This document shows, piece after piece, positions 48,655 to 58,901 of a stretch of 64,000 bases of DNA. The stretch covers positions 18,347-82,346 of the forward strand of contig JAJFJA010000056.1 of NCBI GenBank assembly GCA_021774445.1, read 5' to 3'. This DNA comes from Alphaproteobacteria bacterium (GTDB taxonomy: Bacteria; Pseudomonadota; Alphaproteobacteria; UBA6615). The notes below the pieces were generated by a model. That model was not told the DNA's origin. It saw nothing but the letters and a program-made list of their open reading frames with translations, and did no database searches. The first letter of the stretch is position 1; every line of letters begins with the position of its first letter. Position numbers and translations under genes: made by a program.

Positions 48655-48993
48655 TCATTTTGTTTCCGTGTGGGCAGTCGTGTTGGGCGTCTGGTTCGCG
48701 GCATTGGCGCGGTAGATGTAGCTGAGTATTTCGGCCACGGTCGCCAAGGCCTCTAGAGGAACCTCGCTATCGATCTCGACAGCTTCGAGTATCTCGATCA
48801 GATCCGCGTCTTCGCGCACCTTGACGCCGGTCGCGAAGGCGAGCTGCAAGATCTGCTCCGCCACACCACCCTGGCCTTTGGCAACCAGGCGGGGCTGGCT
48901 GCTGCCGGTCGGGTCGTGTTTAACGGCCACCGCGGACGAACGGGGCTCGCGCCGCTTATGGCCGCCTTCGGCGGCAAGGGTCGATTCGGTCAA
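48655..48993 (-). CDS. Stand-alone FlhB C-terminal domain protein (EscU/YscU/HrcU switch family)
   Basis: AVAVKHD, PRLVAKGQG..AEQI, VRED.DL, VAEILSYIY; TTG start after GAGGA. Confidence 0.88.
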   Translation of the reverse strand: MTESTLAAEGGHKRREPRSSAVAVKHDPTGSSQPRLVAKGQGGVAEQILQLAFATGVKVREDADLIEILEAVEIDSEVPLEALATVAEILSYIYRANAANQTPNTTAHTETK

Positions 48994-49331
48994 CTCGATT
49001 CCTCATCTTGCGGCCACGCGTGACCGGCAAGGCTTGAGGATCGGTAATCTTGGTTAATATCGGATGAAGAAAGCGAGCGGATCGCATCAATGGAACGACG
49101 AGCGGTCAGTAGGCGATGCGCTGATCGCAGAGGGATTGGTTAGGCTCCACGCCGTAGCACGCCGCAAGGCGGAGCGCCATGTGGGGTTTTGTTGGAGGCT
49201 CCACCTCACGCTGAGCCGTCACCCTTCGGAGTGGCCGCCTTTTTTATGCCCGAAAGTACCTTGGCGTATTTTCACCGCAGCATAGGTCCACATTCGACGC
49301 TCAAAAAAAGGCGCGATCGTCGACCCGTCGT

Positions 49332-49682
49332 TCAGCGTCCGGGCCCGCCCGATTCGAGCCCCGGATGTTCGTACGGTTCGCCGAAGTTCTCGTTGTTAGG
49401 GACATCGCGGTCGTCGCGGTTAGCAAAAGTAGCCTGGGTGTTGCCGCCGCTAGACAGTCCCGACGCACCTTCGCCAATGCCGAAACCGGCAGCAGCGCCG
49501 TCCGGCGGGTCGTTAGCCCACGGGCCGGGCGAAATCGACGGTATTACGCCGGGGCGGGTCTCGGCCTCGTTGGTTGTATTGCCCAGTACGTCTTGAATCA
49601 GATTAGCTGTATCGCTCTGTGCAAAGGCAGTCGCGGACGCGAACAACGCCGCTGCGGCGAACGCGAACATTAGTTTCCGCAT
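49332..49682 (-). CDS. Secreted low-complexity hypothetical protein
   Basis: GAGGGG RBS; clear signal peptide MRKLMFAFAAAALFASATAFA; Gly/Pro/Asn/Asp-rich mature part. Confidence 0.7.
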   Translation of the reverse strand: MRKLMFAFAAAALFASATAFAQSDTANLIQDVLGNTTNEAETRPGVIPSISPGPWANDPPDGAAAGFGIGEGASGLSSGGNTQATFANRDDRDVPNNENFGEPYEHPGLESGGPGR

Positions 49683-49778
49683 GGCAAACCCCTCGCTTCA
49701 TTCTCATACCACTGATTTAGTTTTGCTAATCCCAGAATTGGTTAATATCTTCATCTCTCGCGCGTCTTTTCTGATTAG

Positions 49779-50020
49779 TCAAGCCTCTACCTCATCAATT
49801 TTCGCCGCGAGGTTATTTGCCTCCAAGGAAAAGGCCAACCTCACACCGGCGGCCAAGGCGTTTCAACTGCAGGCAAGTTCAACATTTTGCTCGCGCAGTT
49901 CGATGTCTACGCCAACCAGCCGTTCTGCAATAAAGACCGAACCGTGGCCTGAGCTGATACTGAGGTGGTCATCAAGGTCGAGGAATTGGCTGCGAAAGCG
50001 GTCGCGGAGCTGGAGCCAGC
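49779..50020 (-). pseudogene. Possible SAM-methyltransferase remnant
   Basis: Frame reads FLDL..SSGHGSVFIAERLVGVDI..NVELACS*NALAAGV with an internal TGA at 49863-49865. Confidence 0.25.
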
Positions 50021-50056
50021 GAAACGGGCTGCAATCAATGGGGCGCCCGATATCGG

Positions 50057-51175
50057 CTATTTGCTGCGGACGAGGAATTTCTCGACGGTTTGCATGTTCG
50101 GCTCGAAACCGAGACCGGGCTCGTCGGGTACCGCCATGTAGCCGTCCTGCATCTTGAACGGGTTGCGCGCGAGGTTGCGGGAGATCTCCGACGGCTCGAC
50201 GCAATATTCCAGGACCAGCGCATTGGGGATGGCGGCCAGGAAGTGCAGGGAGGCGGCGGTATTGATGTCGGTGGTGAAATTGTGGTTGGCGACGAGAACA
50301 CCGCGGCTGTGGGCATAATCGGCGATGCGCATGGCCTGGGTCAGGCCGCAGCGGGTCAGGTCGATTTGGGCAAGCTGGATACCGCCTTCGTCGATCAGCC
50401 GGCTGAAGCCGCGCAGAGTGCATTCTTCCTCGCCGGCGGCGAGGCGCTGGGTGATGGCTGTGCTCACCCGGCCATAGCCGGCTAGATCGTCGGGATGCAA
50501 CGGCTCCTCGATCCAGAACAGGTCGAATGGTTCAAAATGGCGGGCGCGGTGAATGGTGGTGGTGGCATCCCAGATCAGGCCAACGTCAAGCATGAGATCG
50601 AAGTTGTCGCCGGCGGCCCGGCGCATGGCTTCGAGATAGGCACAGTCGGACTTTAGATCCTTACCGAACGGCTCCCAGCCGAATTTGGCGGCGGTGAAGC
50701 CGTTATCTTTGGCCTTGCGCACGCGATCGGCCGTTGCTTCCGGCGTAAATTGAAACATGTTGGAGGAATAGACCCGGAGCTTGTCGCGGAAGCGGCCGCC
50801 GAGCAGCTTCCAGACCGGTTGTTCAAGCGCCTTGCCCTTGATGTCCCAGAGAGCGAGGTCGATGCCGGCCATCGCCTGGATCACGGCACCCTCGCGGCCG
50901 TAGTAGAGCGTGGATTGGTACATCTTGTGCCAAAGACGGGTCGTGTCCAGGGGATCTTCGCCGATTAACAAGGTGCGCAACCCGGTCACCAGGGTATGGG
51001 ACATTGGCGCCTCGATGATCGCCTTGGCGACGGCGGGGCAACCATCGACCTCACCCCAACCGGTGACCCCGGCGTCGGTCTCGATGCGGATCAACAAGGC
51101 GTCCTGGGAGCTGTCGGTGCGCGCCTGGATCTCGGGCAATCTTAGGTAGAGCGCCTGGACATCGACGATTCGCAT
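50057..51175 (-). CDS. Mandelate racemase/muconate lactonizing (enolase superfamily) enzyme, probable sugar-acid dehydratase
   Basis: ETDAGVTGWGE, AGIDLALWDIKGK, metal ligands MLD/WIEEP/AGEE, P..PGLG; start at MRIVD. Confidence 0.92.
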   Translation of the reverse strand: MRIVDVQALYLRLPEIQARTDSSQDALLIRIETDAGVTGWGEVDGCPAVAKAIIEAPMSHTLVTGLRTLLIGEDPLDTTRLWHKMYQSTLYYGREGAVIQAMAGIDLALWDIKGKALEQPVWKLLGGRFRDKLRVYSSNMFQFTPEATADRVRKAKDNGFTAAKFGWEPFGKDLKSDCAYLEAMRRAAGDNFDLMLDVGLIWDATTTIHRARHFEPFDLFWIEEPLHPDDLAGYGRVSTAITQRLAAGEEECTLRGFSRLIDEGGIQLAQIDLTRCGLTQAMRIADYAHSRGVLVANHNFTTDINTAASLHFLAAIPNALVLEYCVEPSEISRNLARNPFKMQDGYMAVPDEPGLGFEPNMQTVEKFLVRSK

Positions 51176-51224
51176 TGCGTAGACCTTTATGCAGCCGTGG
51201 CGATACGACCCGGGGGCGCCGCGT

Positions 51225-52466
51225 TCAGCGGCCACCACAGAGTCGGTAGAGGGCATTTTGCAGCAGCGGAATGGACGCGCCTAGTATCTCGTCCGCCGGG
51301 CCCGGTCGGCCGACACGAATGTCGATGCTCGATGGCGCATGGGCGGGCATGTTGGCGCGAAACTCTTCGATGAACTGATGAAACAGCGTCTCGTTCTGGG
51401 CAAATGGCCCGGTCAGAACCAGCCGATGAGGAAACAAGGTCACGACCAGATTGCGGAGCGCCAGGGCCATTTCGCTGGTCGCTTGTGCCAAAGCGGGGAC
51501 GTTGGTGATATCGTGATCCCGCAAGAATGTTTCGAAACTCCATTCCTCCGCGGGCGCGTCGGGGAAGACCTCCCGTATCCGCGGGAGCAGCGCCCACAAG
51601 GCCGCCTTGGTCTCGAGACAACCCGCCTGGCCACACAGACATCGCGTGGTGGGTCCGGTCGCGACAGTCCAATGCCCGATCTCGCCAAAACTGCCGCTGC
51701 CGATGATCTGTCCATTTAGCGCAAATGCCGCACCGATCCCGTAGCCCCAGTGGACGACGAGCGTGCCGCCCTGTCGCTCATTGGCCCGCCGGGCCAGACG
51801 CGCCCGCAGTTCGCTATTCAATCCCTTGTTGATGGTCACCGGAATACCGAGGTCTCGCGCCAGGCCGGCGAGCTTCATGTTGGTCATTTTTGGCCAACGG
51901 GAGGTGGCGTGCACCCAGCGCTGTGTTTCGCTATCGACGATTCCGGGCAGGGAGAACGCGACCCCGACGATCTCCGTCGCGGCGGGCGCTTGCTGCTGCA
52001 GCGTTCGGATCAGCTCACTGAACAGGGTCAGAAGTCCAGTATTGTCGGCCTGCGTCGGCTCGACGACGATCCGGTGCTCGCACAAGGCGCGTCCCGCCAA
52101 ATCTACGAGTACCGCTCGTACTTCGCGCGAGATGACGTGCACCACGATGACGCCGATACGCTCGAAGACCGGCCGCAGCAAGATTTCCGGCCGGCCCTGC
52201 GTATAGGGTGGGCGGGGCCGCTCTTCGATGGTCAGGCCCAGATCAATCAGCTCCAGGACTAGGGCCGATACGGTGCCTGGACGGATGCCGTGCGACTCAA
52301 CGAGGCGCTTGCGGGTGACCGGCCCGCCACCGCTGATGTCAAGGAACAGCCGGCCCTTACGGCACGCCGGACTGGGCGCGCCGCCAGCATCGCTGAACAG
52401 ACCCGCATATTCCGCGCACATCAGCGCTGCCTGGTCATCCACCGGTGGGAGTTCACCTCGGATCAT
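51225..52466 (-). CDS. ROK-family transcriptional regulator
   Basis: N-terminal HTH with GRP; PGIVD; GEIGH; CLCGQAGCLE. Confidence 0.88.
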   Translation of the reverse strand: MIRGELPPVDDQAALMCAEYAGLFSDAGGAPSPACRKGRLFLDISGGGPVTRKRLVESHGIRPGTVSALVLELIDLGLTIEERPRPPYTQGRPEILLRPVFERIGVIVVHVISREVRAVLVDLAGRALCEHRIVVEPTQADNTGLLTLFSELIRTLQQQAPAATEIVGVAFSLPGIVDSETQRWVHATSRWPKMTNMKLAGLARDLGIPVTINKGLNSELRARLARRANERQGGTLVVHWGYGIGAAFALNGQIIGSGSFGEIGHWTVATGPTTRCLCGQAGCLETKAALWALLPRIREVFPDAPAEEWSFETFLRDHDITNVPALAQATSEMALALRNLVVTLFPHRLVLTGPFAQNETLFHQFIEEFRANMPAHAPSSIDIRVGRPGPADEILGASIPLLQNALYRLCGGR

Positions 52467-52548
52467 AGCTACCTCAATGAGGGGGCAACTAAATTGTCGA
52501 AAGTCGCTTGCATCAGGTATATATTATGTTTCTCGACACATGGTGTCT

Positions 52549-52571
52549 TTAATGTTAACACAGGATATTAA
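52549..52571. promoter_or_regulatory. Putative ROK operator
   Basis: 23-bp imperfect palindrome TTAATGT-N9-ATATTAA in the divergent promoter region. Confidence 0.45.
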
Positions 52572-52594
52572 ATTGGTGGAGTGGTCCGCGGCCG

Positions 52595-53368
52595 ATGATC
52601 GTTGACGTCTCGCTAAGCTCACAAGATCTGGGTCAAAAGGCGGCTCGGATCGGCGCGATGCAAATCCGAGAAGCCATCGCGGCGCGGGGCGAGGCGCGTA
52701 TCATCCTCGCTACCGGGGCGAGCCAGTTTGAGACCATGGGCTTTCTGGTCGCAGAACCCGGGATCGCCTGGGCTAAAGTGACGGCCTTTCATTTGGATGA
52801 ATATCTCGACCTCCCCGAGACCCACGCGGCGAGTTTTCGGCGCTATCTGAAGTCGCGCTTTGTCGATCAGGTCGAGGATTTGGGCGATTTCGTCTTTATC
52901 GAAGGGGATGCGGCCGATACCGAGGCGGAAATCGCTAGGGTATCCGATCGTATCGCCGCGCATGATATCGACGTGGCGTTCGTCGGCATCGGGGAGAATG
53001 GCCATCTGGCTTTCAACGATCCACCGGCTGATTTCGACACGACCGACCCCTACATCGTGGTTGAGCTGGACGACCAATGCCGCCGGCAGCAATTAAACGA
53101 AGGATGGTTCTCGGATATTTCGGAAGTGCCCAAACGGGCGATTTCCATGAGTATCGGCCAGATCCTCAAGAGCAAAACGATCGTTTGTGCGGTTCCCGAC
53201 GCCCGCAAGGCGGATGCAGTCAAGGAAGCCGTGGAGGGCCCGGTCACCAACCGCTGCCCGGCTTCGATTTTGCAGACCCATGGCGGGACACATTTGCTGC
53301 TGGATCAGCAATCGGTAGCGACGCTCAATCCGGACCGGTTGGCTGAGCTCTTGGGAGCTGCCTCGTGA
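52595..53368 (+). CDS. nagB: Glucosamine-6-phosphate deaminase-like protein
   Basis: [33 protein letters not shown]. Confidence 0.88.
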   Translation: MIVDVSLSSQDLGQKAARIGAMQIREAIAARGEARIILATGASQFETMGFLVAEPGIAWAKVTAFHLDEYLDLPETHAASFRRYLKSRFVDQVEDLGDFVFIEGDAADTEAEIARVSDRIAAHDIDVAFVGIGENGHLAFNDPPADFDTTDPYIVVELDDQCRRQQLNEGWFSDISEVPKRAISMSIGQILKSKTIVCAVPDARKADAVKEAVEGPVTNRCPASILQTHGGTHLLLDQQSVATLNPDRLAELLGAAS

Positions 53369-54570
53369 AAGCGCAGCGAAGAACCGATAGAGACGTCTTG
53401 GTATGTACCGGCGGCGCGAATGGCCGAGACGTAAGGTATGAGATTGGTGTGGACGGGCGTGTGACCCAGGCGACGCCGCTCGTCGGCGCGAAGAAAAGCG
53501 AAAATGGCGTGGTGACCCCCGGCCTGGTGGATATCCAAGTCAACGGGTTCGCGGGTGTCGACTTCAACGCGCCCGGCGTCACGGCCGAGCGGCTGGATGT
53601 CGCCTTGTCCGCAATGCTGTCCAGTGGGGTGACGCGTTGCCTGCCGACGCTCATCACCGCGAGCGAGGCGGAGCTGATCGGGCTGCTGCAGGCGCTCGAT
53701 GCCGCGGTATCGGCGAGTGTGCTGGGGGCGCTCATGGTGCCCGGCTACCACATCGAGGGGCCATTTCTATCACCGCAGGACGGCTATGCGGGCGCGCATC
53801 CGGCGGACCGGATGCGCAGTGCCTCGCGGGAGCTGGTGCAGCGGCTGGAGGCGGTTACGACGAGACCGTTATTGATGATGACGGTCGCGCCTGAAGTGCC
53901 CGGCGTGCTCGATCTCATTCCCTTTCTCATTGCTCGGGGCATCTCCTGTGCGATCGGCCATACGGCCGCTTCGCGCGACGCGATCGACCAGGCGATCGAG
54001 GCTGGTGCAAGTGTTTCCACGCATTTGGGGAACGGGCTGCCCCATATGCTTAACAAGAACGGGAATTCGTTCCTGTTTCAGCTGGGCCGCGACCAACTGA
54101 TGGCAAGTTTCATTGCCGATGGAGTTCACATCGCAAGTGACGTCCTGCAATCATGGCTGCGGGCGAAAACGATCGACCGGTCAATTTTGGTCACGGATGC
54201 GTCTGCGGCTGCCGGGGCGCCCGAAGACACCCGAGAGTTCACCTTGGGCGCCGGCGCGATCGAGCGTCACGCCGACGGATCGGTGCGGTTGCCCGGGTCG
54301 AATTATCTTGCCGGGTCGGCCGCGAGCATGGACAAAATGGTGCGCAACGTCATGCGTTGGTATGGTTTGACGATCGGTGAGGTACTGCAACTGGCGAGAG
54401 AAAACCCGGCACGGGCCGCGGGGCTGCCGGTCGCTGAAATTGGTGCGAACGATGCGGCGGATTTTGTCGAATGGGGCTCGCGTGACGGTGAATTGTACGT
54501 CCGCAGGACGCATATCGGCCCGTGGATCTTGCGATCAGAGGGCGAAAACGCCGCCATGAAGTCAGCCTGA
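53365..54570 (+). CDS. nagA: N-acetylglucosamine-6-phosphate deacetylase-like protein
   Basis: [47 protein letters not shown]. Confidence 0.88.
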   Translation: MKAQRRTDRDVLVCTGGANGRDVRYEIGVDGRVTQATPLVGAKKSENGVVTPGLVDIQVNGFAGVDFNAPGVTAERLDVALSAMLSSGVTRCLPTLITASEAELIGLLQALDAAVSASVLGALMVPGYHIEGPFLSPQDGYAGAHPADRMRSASRELVQRLEAVTTRPLLMMTVAPEVPGVLDLIPFLIARGISCAIGHTAASRDAIDQAIEAGASVSTHLGNGLPHMLNKNGNSFLFQLGRDQLMASFIADGVHIASDVLQSWLRAKTIDRSILVTDASAAAGAPEDTREFTLGAGAIERHADGSVRLPGSNYLAGSAASMDKMVRNVMRWYGLTIGEVLQLARENPARAAGLPVAEIGANDAADFVEWGSRDGELYVRRTHIGPWILRSEGENAAMKSA

Positions 54571-54643
54571 CGACAAAACAGGAAAGCAGCGATAGAGTTC
54601 GGTTCTGGCTAACAAGAATGACAATCTTCACGGAGGAAGAAAG

Positions 54644-56587
54644 ATGAAGGCTAGTCTAAGATATCAATCCAATTGGGTCGGCGGTGTAGCCCTGGCCCTC
54701 GGATTAGCGATTGCCGCGCCGCACGCGGTGTTGGCGCAGCAGTATAGTGAGGCACCGACATTGGCCGCCTTGGTTTCGGCCGGCAGCTTGCCGCCGGTGG
54801 CGGAACGCCTGCCCGCCGAGCCGTTGGTACAGGATGTGACCGAGGCTATCGGCAGCTATGGCGGTGTCTTGCGCCGCGGCTTCTTGGGCCCGGGCGACCA
54901 CAACAACTACACCCGGGTTGCCTACGATGCGCTAGCAAGGCACGCACCGGATGGCAGTGAGGTCATTCCGCATGTGGCCAAGGGTTGGGAATCGAACGAT
55001 GATTTCACCCAGTGGACAGTCAATCTGCGCGCAGGAATGAAATGGTCCGATGGTGAGCCATTCACCGCCGACGATATCGTGTTCTGGTATGAGTCCATCC
55101 TGCAGAATGCGGAACTGATCCCGAATGTCCCGAGCTGGATGCAGAACGCCGATGGCTCAGTGGTAAAACTTGAGAAGCTTAGCGACACCTCCGTACGCTG
55201 GAGTTACCAGCAGCCGAATACAGCCTTTTTGCTGGATTTGGCGAATAAGGATGGTGCCGACAAGTCGATCAACAATCTGGCCTATGCCCCGGCCCACTAT
55301 CTAAAGCAGTTCCATCCTGATTTCGCGGACGCGGCGGCCTTGCAGGCCAAAGTGGATGCGTCCGGATTCGATACTTGGACACAGCTTTTTGGGGTCGAGG
55401 CCTTGCCTCATCTCAGCGGTAATCGCCCGAGCACGGCCGCGTGGGTCCCGAGGGGCAGCACCGTTGCTGACCAGACCTTTGTCATCGAGCGGAACCCGTA
55501 CTATTTCGCCGTCGACGCGGAGGGTAACCAACTGCCTTATCTCGACGAGGTTCGGTTCACATTCTTTGCCGACAAGGAGACATTGAATCTTGCCGCGGTT
55601 GGCGGCGAGATCGATATGCAGGGCCGTCACATCGCCATGAGCAATTTCCCGGTCCTGACGGAAAATGCCGAGAAGGGCGGTTATCGGGTGGTCACCTATC
55701 CGACGTTCGGTGGTTCCGACGCGGTCTTGATGTTCAATCAGACCTATGACGACGATCCGGCAATCGGCGAGGTCCTGCGGAACAAGGACGTCCGCATTGC
55801 GCTGTCGCACGCGATCGATCGCGAAGCCATCAAGGAATTGGCGTTCTTGGGTATTGGTGAGGCCCGTCAAGGCGTGCCCGCACCGTTCCATCCCTACTAT
55901 CCGGGCGATGAGTACGCGTTCAAATACACCCAGCTCGATACCGCGAAGGCCGACGAGCTTCTCGATGGTGCCGGCTTGTCCGCACGGGATGGCGACGGCT
56001 TCCGCTTAGGGCCGACCGGTGAACGGCTCGACTTGGAAGTTGGCGTGGTGCCGGCCTTCGCAAGCTGGGGCGACATCGGCCAGTTGATCGTTGAGGATTG
56101 GGCCGAGGTGGGCGTGCGTGCCCATGTCGAGATTCGCGAGCGGACGCCACATTTCGCGATGCGCGATACCAACGATCTACAGATCGAAATCTGGAACGAG
56201 GACACCACCGGATTTCCGTTCAGCGGTGAACCGAAGATGGATCCGCGCAGTACGGTTAGCCTGACGTTGGCACCCCTGGTGCGTGAGTGGGTTAACAGCA
56301 ATGGTGCCAGTGGTGTCGCGCCGACACCGGAGTTGCAACGGGTGATGGACATCATCGACGAAGCCAAGCTTTCCGGCCGCGAGCGTCAGATCGAATTGGC
56401 TCAAGAGCTGTTCCGGATCTGGGCCGACAATGTTTGGGAGGTCGGTACGGTTGGCCTGACACCGATGGTTCAGGGTGTCGTCGTGGTCAACGAGAACCTG
56501 AGGAACGTTGCAGAGGTGGCGGGCAACGATTGGCCGCTGCGGACACCGGGCAACACCCGGCCCGAGCAGTTCTTCTATGCTCAGTAG
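54644..56587 (+). CDS. ABC substrate-binding protein family 5 (oligosaccharide/peptide type)
   Basis: Signal peptide; EAP.L...V..G.LPPV.ERLP; KWSDGEPFTADD; RNPYY..VD..GNQLPY.D. Confidence 0.93.
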   Translation: MKASLRYQSNWVGGVALALGLAIAAPHAVLAQQYSEAPTLAALVSAGSLPPVAERLPAEPLVQDVTEAIGSYGGVLRRGFLGPGDHNNYTRVAYDALARHAPDGSEVIPHVAKGWESNDDFTQWTVNLRAGMKWSDGEPFTADDIVFWYESILQNAELIPNVPSWMQNADGSVVKLEKLSDTSVRWSYQQPNTAFLLDLANKDGADKSINNLAYAPAHYLKQFHPDFADAAALQAKVDASGFDTWTQLFGVEALPHLSGNRPSTAAWVPRGSTVADQTFVIERNPYYFAVDAEGNQLPYLDEVRFTFFADKETLNLAAVGGEIDMQGRHIAMSNFPVLTENAEKGGYRVVTYPTFGGSDAVLMFNQTYDDDPAIGEVLRNKDVRIALSHAIDREAIKELAFLGIGEARQGVPAPFHPYYPGDEYAFKYTQLDTAKADELLDGAGLSARDGDGFRLGPTGERLDLEVGVVPAFASWGDIGQLIVEDWAEVGVRAHVEIRERTPHFAMRDTNDLQIEIWNEDTTGFPFSGEPKMDPRSTVSLTLAPLVREWVNSNGASGVAPTPELQRVMDIIDEAKLSGRERQIELAQELFRIWADNVWEVGTVGLTPMVQGVVVVNENLRNVAEVAGNDWPLRTPGNTRPEQFFYAQ

Positions 56588-56676
56588 AGTCTGAGGTAGA
56601 GAGGTAGGTTATGTCGGTGCTGGCTCTTCGCGGGCGGGCGTAAAGCGCGCGCGAGCCGGCACCGAAGCAATCTCGA

Positions 56677-56716
56677 CACCCCCTTGTCCGGTCTTGCAAG
56701 ATCGGGCAGGGGGGTG
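56677..56716 (+). terminator. Long intercistronic hairpin after the binding-protein gene
   Basis: CACCCCCTTGTCCGGTCTT-GC-AAGATCGGGCAGGGGGGTG. Confidence 0.55.
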
Positions 56717-56747
56717 ACATTGTCCGGTTGGCTGATCTGTCGGGGAG

Positions 56748-57740
56748 ATGATGCTCGTATATATCGTCAAGCGGTTGTTGCTTTTGCCCCTGCTTCTGCT
56801 GGTTTTTTCGGTTATTGCCTTCATTCTCATTCAGGCGCCGCCGGGCGACTTCGTGACCAGCTATGTGGCCGAACTCGCGGCTTCCGGCTCTTCAATGGAT
56901 CGGCTGCAGATTGACGCGCTGCGCGAGTTGTACGGCCTCGACCGCCCAGGTTATGTGCAATATTTCAAGTGGCTCACGCGGATGCTGCAAGGGGACCTGG
57001 GCGTTTCACTTGATTTTCAGAAGCCGATCTCCGAACTGATCGGGCAACGGTTACTGCTTACCGTCATTCTCGGTCTATCGACATTCCTGTTCACTTTTGC
57101 CGTGGCGATTCCCATCGGCACGATTTCGGCAACGCGGCAGTATTCGTTCTTCGATTATTTCTTCACGGTGTTCAACTATGTCGGCGTCGCGACACCGACT
57201 TTCATGACCGCCCTGATCTTGATGTGGCTGGCATTCTCGAAGCTCGGCATCACGATAACCGGTCTGTTCTCCCCAGAGTTTGCCGACGAGCCCTGGAGCT
57301 TCGCCAGGACAGTGGATCTGGGCAAGCATATTTGGCTGCCCATCGTCATCTTGGGCATGGATGGCACCGCCCGTCTGGCGCGCATACTCAGAGCGAACCT
57401 GCTGGACGAACTGAACAAGCCCTACATGGAAATGGCACGCGCCAAAGGCATGCCGGAGTGGCGGCTTATCATGAAATATCCGGTGCGGTTGGCGATCAAC
57501 CCGCTGGTCAGCAGCCTGGGCTGGTACCTGCCGCTGATTTTCTCAGGCAGCTTGATCGTGGCCACGGTTCTGAACCTGCCGACGATCGGACCACTGCTGC
57601 TGCGTTCGCTGATCGGTCAGGACATGTTTCTAGCGGGGGCTATTGTGCTCTCCTATTTCGGGCTGGCTGTTATCGGCACGCTGCTTTCCGACATCTTGCT
57701 TGCCTGGCTCGATCCTCGGATCCGCATGGAGGAGGCATAG
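56748..57740 (+). CDS. DppB/OppB-like ABC permease
   Basis: PPGD, YGLD, GDLG.S, ARAKG, DPRIR. Confidence 0.93.
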   Translation: MMLVYIVKRLLLLPLLLLVFSVIAFILIQAPPGDFVTSYVAELAASGSSMDRLQIDALRELYGLDRPGYVQYFKWLTRMLQGDLGVSLDFQKPISELIGQRLLLTVILGLSTFLFTFAVAIPIGTISATRQYSFFDYFFTVFNYVGVATPTFMTALILMWLAFSKLGITITGLFSPEFADEPWSFARTVDLGKHIWLPIVILGMDGTARLARILRANLLDELNKPYMEMARAKGMPEWRLIMKYPVRLAINPLVSSLGWYLPLIFSGSLIVATVLNLPTIGPLLLRSLIGQDMFLAGAIVLSYFGLAVIGTLLSDILLAWLDPRIRMEEA

Positions 57741-57742
57741 TC

Positions 57743-58891
57743 ATGTCGGTGGAGCTGCAACCCGAGGCCGAAATCTCGGCAGTGGCAAAACCGGACTCGC
57801 TCGACAAGGCCGATGCGGTCTCGGTAGCGTCGAACTGGAAGCTGGTCTGGTGGCGATTCAGGAAACATCGTCTGGCCATGGTCAGCGGCGTGGTGCTGAT
57901 CCTCATCGCGACTATTGCAGCGTTCCCCGGCTTTTTCAGTACCCAGGCGCCGCATGAGAGCGATTCCAAGGGATCGTTCATGCCGCCACAGGGCATCCAT
58001 TTTTGGGATGATGGCCCGGCGTTCTTCGTCAATGCGACGAAAGGTGCGCGTAACCCGCGAACCCTGCGCATGGAATGGGTGCTCGACGAAGGTGAGACGA
58101 TACCGCTACGCCTTTTCGGCCGTGGTTATGAATGGAAGGCGCTGGGACTGTTTCCGACCCGGCTACATCTTGTGGCGGTGGCCAATCCAGATACCGACAA
58201 GCCGATCCATCTGCTGGGTACGGACAGGTTAGGGCGGGATCAATGGTCGCGGTTGGTGCATGGCACCCAGGTCTCGCTGTCCATCGGCCTGCTCGCGGTG
58301 TTTCTCAGCACCGTTATCGGCATCGCGCTCGGCGGCATCTCGGGCTATTTCGGCGGCCTTGCCGATATGGTCATTCAGCGGGTGGTGGAGTTGCTGCAGT
58401 CGATACCGCCGATCCCAATTTGGCTGGCGCTGTCGGCGGCGCTGCCGCGGTCATGGTCGGTAACCACGACGTATCTGGCGATTACCGGGATCCTGGCGTT
58501 GATCACCTGGACCTCGTTGGCGCGGGAGGTGCGGGGGCGGTTCCTGGCGTTACGAGAAGAGGACTTCGTGGTGGCGGCCAAGCTATCGGGATGCAGCCAA
58601 ATGCGCATCGTGTTTCGGCATATGGTGCCGACCATGAATAGTCACATTATCGCTGCCGTGACCTTGGCCATTCCGGTGATGATCATCAATGAGACATTCC
58701 TGAGCTTCCTGGGACTGGGGCTGCGGCCGCCGGCGATCAGTTGGGGCGTGCTGTTGCAGGAGGCGCAGAACCTACAATCGGTGGCGCTGGCGCCGTGGCT
58801 GTTGCTGCCGGGCCTGGCGGTGATCATCACCGTGTTGGCCCTGAACATCTTGGGTGATGGATTGCGGGACGCCGCAGATCCCTATCACTGA
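57743..58891 (+). CDS. DppC/OppC-like ABC permease
   Basis: GGAGG RBS; HLLGTDRLGRD; EDFV.AA; LSFLGLG; GDGLRDA.DP. Confidence 0.93.
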   Translation: MSVELQPEAEISAVAKPDSLDKADAVSVASNWKLVWWRFRKHRLAMVSGVVLILIATIAAFPGFFSTQAPHESDSKGSFMPPQGIHFWDDGPAFFVNATKGARNPRTLRMEWVLDEGETIPLRLFGRGYEWKALGLFPTRLHLVAVANPDTDKPIHLLGTDRLGRDQWSRLVHGTQVSLSIGLLAVFLSTVIGIALGGISGYFGGLADMVIQRVVELLQSIPPIPIWLALSAALPRSWSVTTTYLAITGILALITWTSLAREVRGRFLALREEDFVVAAKLSGCSQMRIVFRHMVPTMNSHIIAAVTLAIPVMIINETFLSFLGLGLRPPAISWGVLLQEAQNLQSVALAPWLLLPGLAVIITVLALNILGDGLRDAADPYH

Positions 58892-58901
58892 TTCTCAGAT
58901 C

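Noticed and set aside
49064..49596. Plus-strand ORFs 49064-49285 and 49189-49596
   Set aside because: No RBS or motifs; they cross a U-tract hairpin or lie antisense to the secreted-protein gene
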